Counted from the stretch's first letter, positions 1-11,653 are shown. The stretch: 64,000 nt of DNA from Octopus sinensis (GCF_006345805.1 NC_043018.1:6572001-6636000); one strand, 5' to 3'. Numbers and translations are program-made. Notes: generated by a model from the letters alone, not told the origin.

Positions 1-620
1 AGAAACCCATTAAGTGGCAGACATTCTATTCTGTGGTACACATCCCCATTCTCACTTAATGTTAAGAACTTAGCTAAATCCTTCTTTAGAATACCAGACT
101 CTAACTTCCCTCGACAACATAAATATCATTCTATCTTTAATTGATCCACCCTGAAACTATCTTATTCTACCTCACTCAACTTCGAATCTATCGTAGCAGC
201 TTCTAATGAGCAAAAGCATTCCCTTTACTATCAAAACTCACATAACTACATCTCTAGTCATATGAATACTCAACACACACACAGCCCCAGCACAGATACC
301 CTTACATTAGACCACAACTACAACCCAGCCCATCCAACTGACACTACCCGGAACCACCACGATCTCTACCACCCTTACAAATATACCCTATACTCTATCA
401 TAGTCCATACTGGACTCAGGGCTTCCTTACCAAGGTCAATTCTCAACCTGCAAACCTTGCCTGAAGGAAGCACTTCACATATTAAAGCACAATGCTCCAG
501 CACTGCTAAATAAACATAATGAAGCACTAAGCACATGCAACCACTGCTTTTTTCACACATTCAGATTCTACCACAAATCCAAATGCCTAAACGACCACAC
601 AGTATATTTCCACAATACCC
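1..620 (+). pseudogene. Decayed Penelope-like retroelement (PLE), C-terminal GIY-YIG endonuclease region
   Basis: The frame through the TAG at 401-403 reads IPYTLS*SILDSGLPYQGQFSTCKPCLKEALHILKHNAPALLNKHNEALSTCNH. This matches the typical PLE C-terminus pattern W-SI-x(n)-PY-x(n)-CxLCLxE-x(n)-LLNKxxE-x-SxCxH. Stops and frameshifts are present. Confidence 0.7.
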
Positions 621-699
621 CTTAGGTAATCCTAATAACTTTATAAATCTACATTTTAACTCTTAATCTCTATCTAATTTCCCACTCATACTCGAATTT

Positions 700-990
700 C
701 ACAACCATCTAATTATATTCATGTGTATATGTGTGCATGCATATATGGGTCCATGCATATGTATGTGTATATGTGTTAATGTATGTATGTATGCAAGGTA
801 TATATACCTGAGTGTACAGGGGCGATAATACAAACAGATATACGTATATATGGATGTGCATGTATACATGTACATATGAGTACAAGTTGTATATGTAGAT
901 ATTGATATGTATAAACATATGTATAACTATATATATATATATATATATATATACATGTCTAATATATATATGTGTATACATCTTCGCATA
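700..990. repeat. (TA)n/(TATG)n microsatellite block
   Basis: Direct inspection; explains the 709-981 ORF. Confidence 0.9.
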
Positions 991-1619
991 TATATGTTCT
1001 ACTACTAAGCACTGACCTGTCCAACCACCTAATCTATATTCCTAAATTCTTCATTCCATACAACTACCCCTCTCTCTGCCTCATCACTTAGACTCTATCA
1101 CTACATAACTGACACTCCTTTACCTTTTACATTATTATACCTCTCTCCACCCCACCCTCATTCCTTCTTTCTTTTTACACTCTAATACCTTTCTCTCTCT
1201 CTCTATCACCCTTAACTCCCCATTCCTACTTTCAAATTATCTTGACTGACCACTAACTGGTACACTTATTATCCCTTATTATCTCTCCTTGTTTTTCTTT
1301 TTTCTTTCTTTTCTTTATTCCTCTCTTCCAGTTTTTTCTTCTTTTTTTTCTTCACTTTTTTCTCTTTTCTTTATTTCCCTCTTCCTGCTTTCGATTTGAC
1401 CTTACAATTACATTCCCTACTTTTAGGTCACTTTAAATAAAACCCTTGATTCAATAGCACTGTGTACAAACTTTATACTTGGAATAACCAATTTTAGATA
1501 CTTCTGGATTTTACTCACAAGGTATTGGAATCTTATATATATACCATTCTGCCTAAATAATGGATCTACAAATGCAATATCCCTGCATATCTCACATCTA
1601 TTTTCATTCCTCCACCTCA

Positions 1620-1760
1620 CTCTCTATTTCGTATCTTATCTAAATTAACTATTGCTTAACCATTTTCTCACACTGTCTCCAATGAAGGGATATAATGAAT
1701 ATCCTGGAAACTGCTGTAAGACCTTCTATTTATAAATGTTCTAAAATCTTCACAGCTATG
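1620..1760 (+). mobile_element. PLE terminal-repeat remnant containing a decayed hammerhead-like motif (1675-1722)
   Basis: gtct-CCAATGA-agggata..tatcct-gGAAA-ctgctgt-a-agac; lies downstream of the PLE ORF relic on the same strand. Confidence 0.55.
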
Positions 1761-2179
1761 GCTTTTTTATCTCACTCTCAAAAAAAATTATGTGTGTGTA
1801 TCATTTTGTCTGTGTTTGTCCCCGCTGTCATTGCATGACAACAAGGTTGGTCGAGTTGGTCTGAAAATATTTTGTCACACACCTGTAACCTCTTCAGTGA
1901 CTCTCCATCCCACATGTCTCTCTTGTTCTGTTTTTAGTGCATTCTGTCTTTCTATGGTCAGTCATCATAGAAAGAATAGTCTAAACAAAACTGCTTAGCA
2001 AGCGGGTTTCCTTTTCTGGTCTTTATTTACAGGGTTTGCAATTTTTGCATTTCTATATCCACAGAACAAGTCAGTCTTTGTGGTCAAGCAGACCTTATTA
2101 TATTAAATACATTCCATCCATGGCTATCCAATTCTGGGAAAATTTAACCATTACGATAATCAATTTAGACTTCTTGGTC

Positions 2180-2377
2180 TAACCCTTTAACATTGAAACT
2201 GGCCATAACTGGCCCTCATATTCTGACCTGATCCAGCCTCTTACACTTTTCCTACAATGTCATTCTAAAAATATACACTGATCTCATCGAAGCTAAAAGA
2301 TAATACATGATTAATTTTTTAAAAAGTGAATAAGTAAGCATTAAATTTGAAAAAAGAATCTGAATGCTAAAGGGTTG
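2180..2377. mobile_element. MITE family M1 (TTAA-flanked, piggyBac-like ends), copy 1
   Basis: Ends taacccttta... / ...tgaatgctaaagggtt; homologous copies at 29826-30050, 30153-30372 and 30956-31570. Confidence 0.7.
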
Positions 2378-2974
2378 AGACAATAGAGTTTTGACTTCTA
2401 TTTCTAGGAAGTTGAGAAACCACATGGAGACATGGCAACACAGAGGCTCTCTTGTATGGTTACTACACTTAGTGGAGATGATGGTCCTGAGAGTGGTGCA
2501 TGTTATTGTTGTGATGGTGGTGGTAACTGGTTGGTCATTCAATGCTGGTGATGGAGGCAGTGGTGCTGGTATCGGGGCCATGCAGTTGGTGTGATGGTGG
2601 TGGTAACCATTTGAGGGTGAGGCGTAGACAAAAAGCACTTTGCATTTAATCTCTCTAACTCTAAATGTTTTCACATCTAAGGTCAAGCAAAGGTCAAAGG
2701 ATTACAGCAGAATGGCTAATTTATTCCATATTGTTTTCCTCTCAACACACACACACACACACACTGCAGACAAACACACACACACACATGCAGACACACA
2801 CACACACACACACATGCAGACACACACACACACACACAGATGTATAAGGTATATCTAATACAGTTTTGTTTATATGGGAATATTCAAGATTCATAACTTT
2901 CATATCTTTATTTCGTATAGACATTGGACATAGCCTCGAGTATTTTCTAGTTATAGTTATGGAGCACTTTCAGA

Positions 2975-3215
2975 ATATATGCCTTGATCATGCAAACTAT
3001 GGTGTACCTGTTTCTCTATGCAGATAAGAAGTTCAAGTTTATACCTGTAATTATTGGAGCACTGAGATATGTAACACACTGTCTAAATACCAATCTTGAG
3101 AAATTAGGCTTCTCAAAACCAGAAAGGAGAAAGCTAATTCAAAGACTACAGATCGAATCCATCACTGGAACTGTGAAAATCTGTAAAACTTTCCAGAAGT
3201 TTATCATTTAAATAT
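2975..3215 (+). pseudogene. 3' end of a non-LTR retrotransposon with restriction-like endonuclease (R4/Dong-like), 5'-truncated
   Basis: ORF 2984-3211 KFKFIPVIIGALRYVTHCLNTNLEKLGF...LQIESITGTVKICKTF shows the V/IPxIIGALG and LQxxxIxGTxKI motifs; followed by a microsatellite tail. Confidence 0.7.
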
Positions 3216-3229
3216 ACATATGATCATGT

Positions 3230-3292
3230 CTAGATGTGTAACTATATGCTTGAGAATACACACATAAAACATACAAATCTGCACATACATAC

Positions 3293-3323
<31 letters not shown>

Positions 3324-4134
3324 CATACATACATACATACATACATACATACATACATACATAAATACATACATACATACATACACACACACATACATAC
3401 ATACATACATACACACACATACATAGATTCATACATACATATATTCATACATACATACATACATATGTACGTACGTACGTACATACATACACACATACAT
3501 TCATAAATGCATACATACATGCATACATACATACATACATACATACATACATACATACATACCTACCTAGTTATTGATGTTGAAATTCCAATGAAATGCC
3601 TTGGATCTACGTTAGAAACAGGGACTTTCTCTATTGGCAAGAAATCTTGAAATAAAACTGAACAATGACATATATACATAAGCACACACACACATACATA
3701 CATACAGACATATATGCATGCATGCATACATACATACACATACATACATACATACATACATAAATACATACATACATACATACATACACACACATACATA
3801 CATACATACATACACACACATACATAGATTCATACATACATATATTCATACATACATACATACATATGTACGTACGTACGTACATACATACACACATACA
3901 TTCATAATGCATACATACATGCATACATACATACATACATACATACATACATACATACATACCTACCTAGTTATTGATGTTGAAATTCCAATGAAATGCC
4001 TTGGATCTACGTTAGAAACAGGGACTTTCTCTATTGGCAAGAAATCTTGAAATAAAACTGAACAATGACATATATACATAAGCACACACACACATACATA
4101 CATACAGACATATATGCATGCATGCATACATACA

Positions 4135-4170
<36 letters not shown>

Positions 4171-4440
4171 TACATACATACATACACACATACATACATA
4201 CAGACATATATGCATGCATACATACATACATATATACATACAGACAGACAGATATATGCATGCATACATACATACATACATACATATATACATACAGACA
4301 GACAGATATATGCATACATACATACATACAAAAATATCCTGTCGATATTTTTGAAATTCCAATGGAAGAGCCTTGGATCTAGGTTAGAAATTGGCTCTTT
4401 CTCTTTTAGCAAAAAATCTTGAAATAAAATTGAAGAATAA
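3230..4440. repeat. Complex tandem array: ~110-bp unique core repeated at 3561, 3961 and (diverged) 4335, separated by (TACA)n blocks
   Basis: ctacctagttattgatgttgaaattccaatgaaatgccttggatctacg...gaacaatgac is identical at 3561 and 3961 (period 400 bp). Confidence 0.9.
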
Positions 4441-4462
4441 CATGCAGAATACGTACATGTGA

Positions 4463-4499
<37 letters not shown>

Positions 4500-4545
4500 G
4501 GGGCTATGTAATTGATTAAGATTGATTCTCATCTTTTCACTCTAG

Positions 4546-4585
4546 AGAGAAACAGACAGAGTTTCACCACAAGAAGGCATGTCAG
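4546..4585 (+). other. Candidate 40-nt exon
   Basis: Acceptor ttctcatcttttcactctAG, donor CAG|GTATGC. No transcript evidence. Confidence 0.25.
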
Positions 4586-4967
4586 GTATGCTTTGTTTCC
4601 ACATATTACATCATACCTTGCTACAATGTTAATGAGATTCCACATTGACTGGTTTCTGAAATTAAGTAAATCGCTAAACACTTACAGTATGCAAATTTAC
4701 AGCCCCAGATCTCTGCAGTCATTAATTAGATGTGTATATAAATGAGTTAGCTACTCGTTATTTCGGGATTTGTTAAGCAATGTAGATACCTTCGGTGAAA
4801 CTACAATAGGTGTTAAAAACTGATTAAGGCAGTTAATGTTTATTACAAGGAATTCCCTAAATTATTGTGTAGTGCAATATTAATTAATTAACTGATTAAT
4901 TAATGAATCCATATTGTAAGCACATGCATTAAGTAAATTAGATCACTCAGTTTAGCTTCGACCTTGT

Positions 4968-5290
4968 CATCATCATCATTTAGCGTCTGCTTTCCATGCT
5001 AGCATGGGTTGGACGGTTCAACTGGGGTCTTGGAGGCCAAAGGCTGCACCAGGCCCAGTTTGATCTGCAATGTTTCTACGGCTGGATGCCCTTCCTAATG
5101 CCAACCACTCCGTGAGTGTAGTGGGTGCTTTTTACATGCCAGGGGGCTGGCAAACGGCCACGGTCGGATGGTGCTTTTTACATGCCACCGGCACGAGGGC
5201 CAGGCGAGTCTGGCAATGGTCACATTCGGATGGTTCACTTATGTGCCACCGGCACTGGTATCACTGCTACAATTTCCATAGATGTTGATC
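4968..5290 (-). mobile_element. SINE/RTE-tail family B
   Basis: Contains the family core ttctacrgctggatgcccttcctaaygccaaccac; (GAT)n tail on the minus strand; more than 9 copies in the window. Confidence 0.85.
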
Positions 5291-5440
5291 GATTTCCATT
5301 TTGATTCTTGATTTAATGGAAAAAGCTGTAAACTTATAATCTCTCTCTGGAAAGAAGTGGGTGTTTTTTTTACCTTTTTCTGAGGAAGATCTAACAAGGT
5401 TAGAAACTAGTCAGATTGTTCTCTCCTTTTCTGTCCACAG

Positions 5441-5489
5441 GGAATTAAAATCTACAGTGTGACTTCTCTGTTTACTTTACACTGTAAAG
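5441..5489 (+). other. Candidate 49-nt exon (open frame GIKIYSVTSLFTLHCK)
   Basis: Strong acceptor ttgttctctccttttctgtccacAG, donor AAG|GTAAAT. No transcript evidence. Confidence 0.3.
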
Positions 5490-5619
5490 GTAAATTGTAT
5501 GTTTATTAAAACAGTACACCATACATTTCAAATTAGCTCCAATATGCAGGATAATCCAGTAGTAATTTGTGTGTGTGTGTACATCAGTATTCAAATGCTG
5601 ACATAATTGGTTATATTTA

Positions 5620-5830
5620 TCTTTTGTTTCTTTCAGTCATTTGACTGTGGCCATACTGGGGCACACCTTGGAAAATCTTTAGTCAAATGAATCAATTCCA
5701 ATACTTGCTTCTTTTTTAAGCCTGATAATTATTCTATTAGTCACTTTTTGACAAACCACTAAGTCACTGGGACATAAACAAACCAACACCAGTAGTCAAG
5801 TGGTGGTAGGGGACAAACACCTACACAAAG
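5620..5830 (-). mobile_element. tRNA-derived SINE family A, partial
   Basis: tttcagtcatttgactgtggcc...gggacaaacac matches the family A 3' half. Confidence 0.8.
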
Positions 5831-5899
5831 ACACACACACTTATTATATATATATATGTGTGTGTATATGTATATATATGTATATATATATATATACAT

Positions 5900-8570
5900 A
5901 TATATATGTAAAATATAAATTATAGATAAAACCTCTATTATGCAACTCAAACAGTGATAGACATAAACCAAACATAAATAACAAATATTAAATATTTTTA
6001 TAAAACATATAACTAGATCTCAAAAACCCTATTTTGTTTCTAATTTGTAGTTATATTTTGTACTAGTATTAATTCTTAAAATTTAGCAAGTGATTTTATA
6101 TTGTATATTACATAATTTGATAAGTCTAAATTAATATTTATTATAAAATATATAAATAAATAAATTAATAAATTAATTAATTAATTAACTAATTATAGTA
6201 GTGTTGTGATTGCACTTCTGTAGGTGGTTTGAGTATAAGTCAATAAGAGTTTGTAAAGGTTCTTTAAATACTTAGAGTTAGATTATATTTAGATGTTTAT
6301 TTTATTACTAGATTATGTAATTTATTTAATGAATATAGATTAAAAGATAGCTATTCCATTTTTTTGTGGTTGATATTGTTATTATTATTATGCTTATTAT
6401 ATGTCTACTTAAATTAATAGCATTAAGTATATATATTTTTGGTAATAGTTTTAGTAACATTAAATAAATAATTTTGAATATGTAGTAAAATAATTTTTTT
6501 TTATGTACTCTTTATTTATAATAATAATATGTACTTTATTTATTCAATTAATGAGTGAAGTATTTGATCTAAATATAAATTTCTTTACCTATATAATAAG
6601 TTAATTAGTATTTACCATTATTTTGAGTTAATATGATATCTCTCTATATATAAACGGCAGTTTGTCTGTGCGTTTCTGTTGTCTGTTTTCTCGTACCCTC
6701 ACTCTGATTTCAACCGATTCTGATGAAACTTGACACACACATAGCCCAATGTCATAATTCAAAACTAACGCACCGAATTTTGAAAAGTTCCCCCAGTTCT
6801 GAAAAAAATCGATAAATTCGACATGGGGTCGACAATCAGAAACACAAACCACAGACCGTCTAGGGGACGCAACTCCACCTTTTTTAACTAAAAAAATTTA
6901 CCATCATTTTCTTCCTTATTTTTGCTATTTTTTGGTATAATCTCTAAAAATCTTATAGTTATTTCCCTTACAAACCTGAGCAACGCCGGCGATACTGCTA
7001 GTAAATAAACGGCAGTAAGTTTATAGTTTGTAATAATTTTTTTATATTAATCATTTGTATTTATATTATATATTTCGAATTAGGTTTATTTAGATGTTTA
7101 TCTAATTAATTAATATTATTTATTAATGAATTTTAATTACATTATAGTTTTTAAATCAACTTAAGTTTATTAATTAGTAGTTATAATATAGATACTGATT
7201 GAATTACTATTGAGTTAATATTGAATGTGTCTAAAAGTTGTTTTATTTAAATTAAGATTTGACTCCAATGTAACCATATTTTTTTATATATATAAAATAA
7301 ATTAATTTGTATAAGATTATTAGAGAATATACAGTAAATAGTAGGTATGTAAATTATTTTATTTTATAGAGTTTTGAATATAATTTATTGTAGTTAATTC
7401 TAAATTTTAGATTTATAGTGAAAGATATTATAGTGTAGAGTGATTCTATTCTCTATTAGTGACTATGTTCTCCTTAGCTATTAAAGCTAAAATATATTCG
7501 TAGTTTTCATTGATAAAGGAATATTTCCATCTATGTGTTCTATTTCAGTTAACAACGTAATTCCACGAGTTTTCTTATAAACGCTTGAAAAGGCATTTTC
7601 TGTTTTGAAATTTTAGTTAATGACACGGTTTTCGAGAGATAAGTAAACTTTTTTATTTAAGAAATATCATTGTATTCTATATAACTATTGATTGTTGAAT
7701 TTTAATTTATAATTATTTTAGTTGTTAAGTTAAGGATAATTTAGATATGTACATTTATTAATTTTCATTAGTATATAATTATTATAACTGAACGAAAATT
7801 TTAAGATATTAGTTAGTCACTTTCTGATATAGATCATATAAATGTTTTTGATAATAGTGATGATAATAGTGATGATAATAGTAATAATAAGTATATTACG
7901 AAAATAGGTTATATGTTTTTAATTTGAATTTTTGAATTCTTAAATTGTATTTCATAAATATATTCTATATCTATAATATTTATGCAAATAATAATGAACT
8001 AATTTATTCTTGGTTATATGTCTATACATTTATTGATAGAGAAAATTTTAGATTTTTAATTACTATATTTGTTGATTATAATTTAGATACTTATTTTATG
8101 TATTTATTATTTTATAATTATTATATGCAAACTTAAATCTAAAAATATTAATAGTGATTATTTTGTTAAATAATTTGGTAATTAAATATTGGAGTATAAC
8201 TGAATTAAAGATATTCGATAGCTTATTAATGTTTTTTAAGCCAAATTATATCTTCACAGATAAATACATATTTCTATCTACTTTTTTTTTTACCTTAAAT
8301 ATTAAATATTTAACATAATAAATGTGTTGTAGGAAATATTCCTAATGTTTTAAGTTTCAAATTTAGTTAATGGAGTTTCTTCTATAAGAAAAATGATTAT
8401 TTTATTTATTTTTTAAATAAATATTGTTTAACTCTATTTGCTTATTTATTTAACTATTATCATTAACCTGAAGATTGACTATAATATTAAATCAAATTTA
8501 TTTCAATTGAATTTAAAGTTAATTGTAATTCGAATTTAATTGTAGCCATGAAACATATGTTTCATGGCTA
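5900..8570. other. Extremely AT-rich island 1, unassigned (decayed coding-like DNA)
   Basis: Sampled 60-nt lines contain 2-16 G+C. Not microsatellite. Codon-like stretches, e.g. minus strand KVYLSLENRVIN*NFKTENAFSSVYKKTRGITLLTEIEHIDGNIPLSM. Confidence 0.6.
6639..7001 (+). mobile_element. Non-autonomous Helitron (363 bp)
   Basis: 5' TC start (tctctctatatataaac), 3' subterminal GC-rich gagcaacgccggcgatactg followed by CTAG, inserted between A (6638) and T (7002) with no TSD. Confidence 0.75.
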
Positions 8571-9147
8571 TATATACATATATACACAAACGTCCATCCA
8601 ACTGTCTGCAATCCTACCAACTCATCCCTCCCTCCTTCTGTCTATCCATCTATCTATCTATATATATATCTACATACATGTCTACAAGAGTAGCTTAGGA
8701 GACAAATAAAGAACAGATTGAAGCTGAGGATTTGAACCACAGATCTCTCACTCATTGGATGGACTTGCTACCAGTTACATCAAATACTCCACCATACCCC
8801 ATCCTACCCTCACTTTGAATGAATTTGACAGTCGCAACAACGTAAATGATTTCTTCTAAAATAAATTTGGCACCACACTCTTTTCTCGTATCCCTTGAGA
8901 ACTTCAGACAATTTACTTGCTAATTAACAGCCAGCACATAGGTAAACCCAATTAGCATCTGACATATTCAGGTAACACACAGAAATACCAAAATTCATCT
9001 ATATTTATAACTTAGAGCAATCTAGAACATTAATGCTGATTATTGAAAATGTAAAAAGCTGAGAATTTTGAATAAAAATGTATAAATATGTACATACATA
9101 TACATAAATACATACACATGTAGATATGTGTGCGTGCGTGTGTGAGT

Positions 9148-9878
9148 ACTCTTTTACTTGTTTCAGTCATTTGTGATCATGCTGGAGCACTGCCTTTCAG
9201 TTGAAGAAATTGACCCCAGAACTTATTCTTTGTAAACCTAGTATTATTCTATCAGTTCCTCTTGCGAAACAACTAAGTTACAGGGATGTAAACACACCAT
9301 CATCGGTTGTCAAGTGATAGCCATCATCATCATCATCATCATCATTGTCATCGTTTAACCTCAGTTTTCTATGCTGGCAAGGGTTGAATGTTTCGACTGG
9401 GGTCTGGGAAACCAGGAAGCTGCACAGGCTCCAGTCTGATCTGGCAGTGTTTCTACAGCTGGATGCTCTTCCTAACGCCAACCACTCCAAGAGTGCAGTG
9501 GGTTCTTCTTTTTACATGTTACCAGCACAGGGGCCAGAGGGGGATGGCATCAACCATAATCGGATGGTGCTTTTTACGTGCCACCGACACAGGAGCCAGT
9601 CAAGGCAGCACTGGCATCAATCATGTTTGGATGGTAGTTTTTACACACATAGGAAAGAAACATCAACACAAGACACAACCACATAAATATATACATATAT
9701 ATATATATATATATACAACAGGCTTCTGTCAGTTTTTGTCTACCAAATCTACTCACAAGACTTCAATCAGCCTGAGGCTATAGTTGAAGACACTTGCCCA
9801 AGGTGCTACACAGTAGGACCGTACCCAGAACAATGTGGTTGGGAAGCAAGCCTTTTACCACATAGCTGTGCCTGTCCC
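9148..9878 (-). mobile_element. SINE family A interrupted by a family B copy (9322-9650)
   Basis: A 3' half at 9148-9318, B insert, then A 5' half at 9655-9878; nested insertion. Confidence 0.8.
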
Positions 9879-9890
9879 TATATATATATA

Positions 9891-10263
9891 TTGTTTCAGT
9901 CATTTGACTGTGGCCATGCTGGAGCACTGACTTTAGTCGAGCAAATTGATCCCAGGACTAATTGTTTGTAAGTCTAGTACTTATTCTGTCAGTCTCTTTT
10001 GCCAAACCACTAAGTTACGGGGACATAAACACAACAGCATCGATTATCAAGTGATGTTGGGGGGACAAACACAGACACAGACACATACATATATATGTAC
10101 ACATATATACGACAGGCTTCTTTTAGTTTCCGTCTACCAAATTCACTCACAAGGCTTTGGTCGGTCCAAGGCTGTAGTAGAAGACACTTGCCCAAGGTGC
10201 CATGCAGTTGGACTGAAACCAGAACCATATGGTTGGTAAGCAAGCTACTTACCACACAGCCAC
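9891..10263 (-). mobile_element. SINE family A, near full length
   Basis: Matches the 45694-46110 copy in reverse complement. Confidence 0.9.
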
Positions 10264-10403
10264 CGTAATTATTACTGAATCCGAGGAAAAAACAATTTCC
10301 TTCAAATGGATGGAAAACGTCCAATTTTCACTGGTTCTTCAGTAAAATCCCACAATATAGTAGAGAAAAAATCAGAACTTAAAGTGGTATAATTTTAATA
10401 TAT

Positions 10404-11520
10404 AAATATTAAAGGAAATAGAGAAATACCGTTGACATATAAATTTATTAACATGATAATATAAAATAGTTATACTATGAAAAGATATAATATAATGTAG
10501 TATAATAAATAATGAAAACAAACATATATCCTACAGTTTGTTTTGGTTGCTATCCACTAGTGAATTTATAAAAAAATCACAGTTATGTATATGAATCTCG
10601 TCAGGGTAATATTCGTCTAAAAAATAGACAAAAATTGCATGCAAGGACTGCTAAATCATAAATTAGACTGATTTAAAATATACCGATGTTTACAAGCATG
10701 AATGTTAATAAATTTAAAGTATAATAAATATAATAAAAACAAAACCAAATTTCAAATAGGTAATATGAATTAAATAAACAAAACAATTACAACAGCCATA
10801 AAATGTTTTTGCCTTTAATAATATTAATCTAAAGATATTTTAATCTGAAATAACCACTGCTTACTTTTTTTTTTATATATAAAATCTATATAATAAAATC
10901 TATATATGTTAAGAATTTATGGTAGAGTATGAAATATATTTTTGAAAAAATTCTATGTACTATTATGAAAAAATAAATAAGAATATATTTTATACATACA
11001 CGAAATTCATTAAAAAAACCTTTTAATCAATGATTCATTAATTCAAAATTTTCTTCTAAATACTCTGATGTTAAAGAAACGTATAAAATAACATTTATTA
11101 TAAACTATACTATTTCTTACATAAAAATAAATATAATATATAAATAAATAAACCATCAGAATTTTACTTACTTTTACAGAAGAAAATAGATTAGAGCAAG
11201 TTTTATATTTCCATAATTTTTGTGTGTATATATATTCGAACAAACATACTATCATGATATATACTAAATATTATAGAGTCTACAAGAAATGTTCATATAT
11301 GCATAATTATTCAAAAAGATATATAATTATATTTAAGAATTATTCTAATCTATTTATGTATACTAATATAAACATTATACTTAGTAATTAACAAGAGAAA
11401 AACACAAATTTACTTAGCTTATCAGAGATTATATTATATCTTTTTATAGTATAATCATATCATATTATAATGTCAATAAATTTATATGCTAATTGTTTTT
11501 CTCTATTTCCTTTAATATTT
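10404..11520. mobile_element. AT-rich island 2 bounded by ~93-bp imperfect terminal inverted repeats (putative old DNA transposon relic)
   Basis: 10404-10496 aaatattaaaggaaatagagaaa...aagatataatataat aligns with the reverse complement of 11426-11520 (about 80% identity); the outer ends abut TA-rich sequence. Confidence 0.6.
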
Positions 11521-11653
11521 GTATATATATATATATATATATAAGAATCTATGTACACACACACACACGCACACACACACACATATATATATAAATATAT
11601 ATATATATATTTATATTTATATATATGTGTGTGTACATAGATTCTTTTATTCT

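Noticed and set aside
1840-2140. Possible Gypsy integrase zinc-finger relic on the minus strand (I*KCKNCKPCK*RPEKETRLLSS)
   Set aside because: Only a CxxC and vague context across frameshifts; too weak to call.
5900-8570. Mitochondrial insertion (NUMT) as the explanation for the AT-rich island
   Set aside because: I could not find cox, cob, nad, atp, rRNA or tRNA motifs in any frame I translated. Not excluded without a search, but unsupported.
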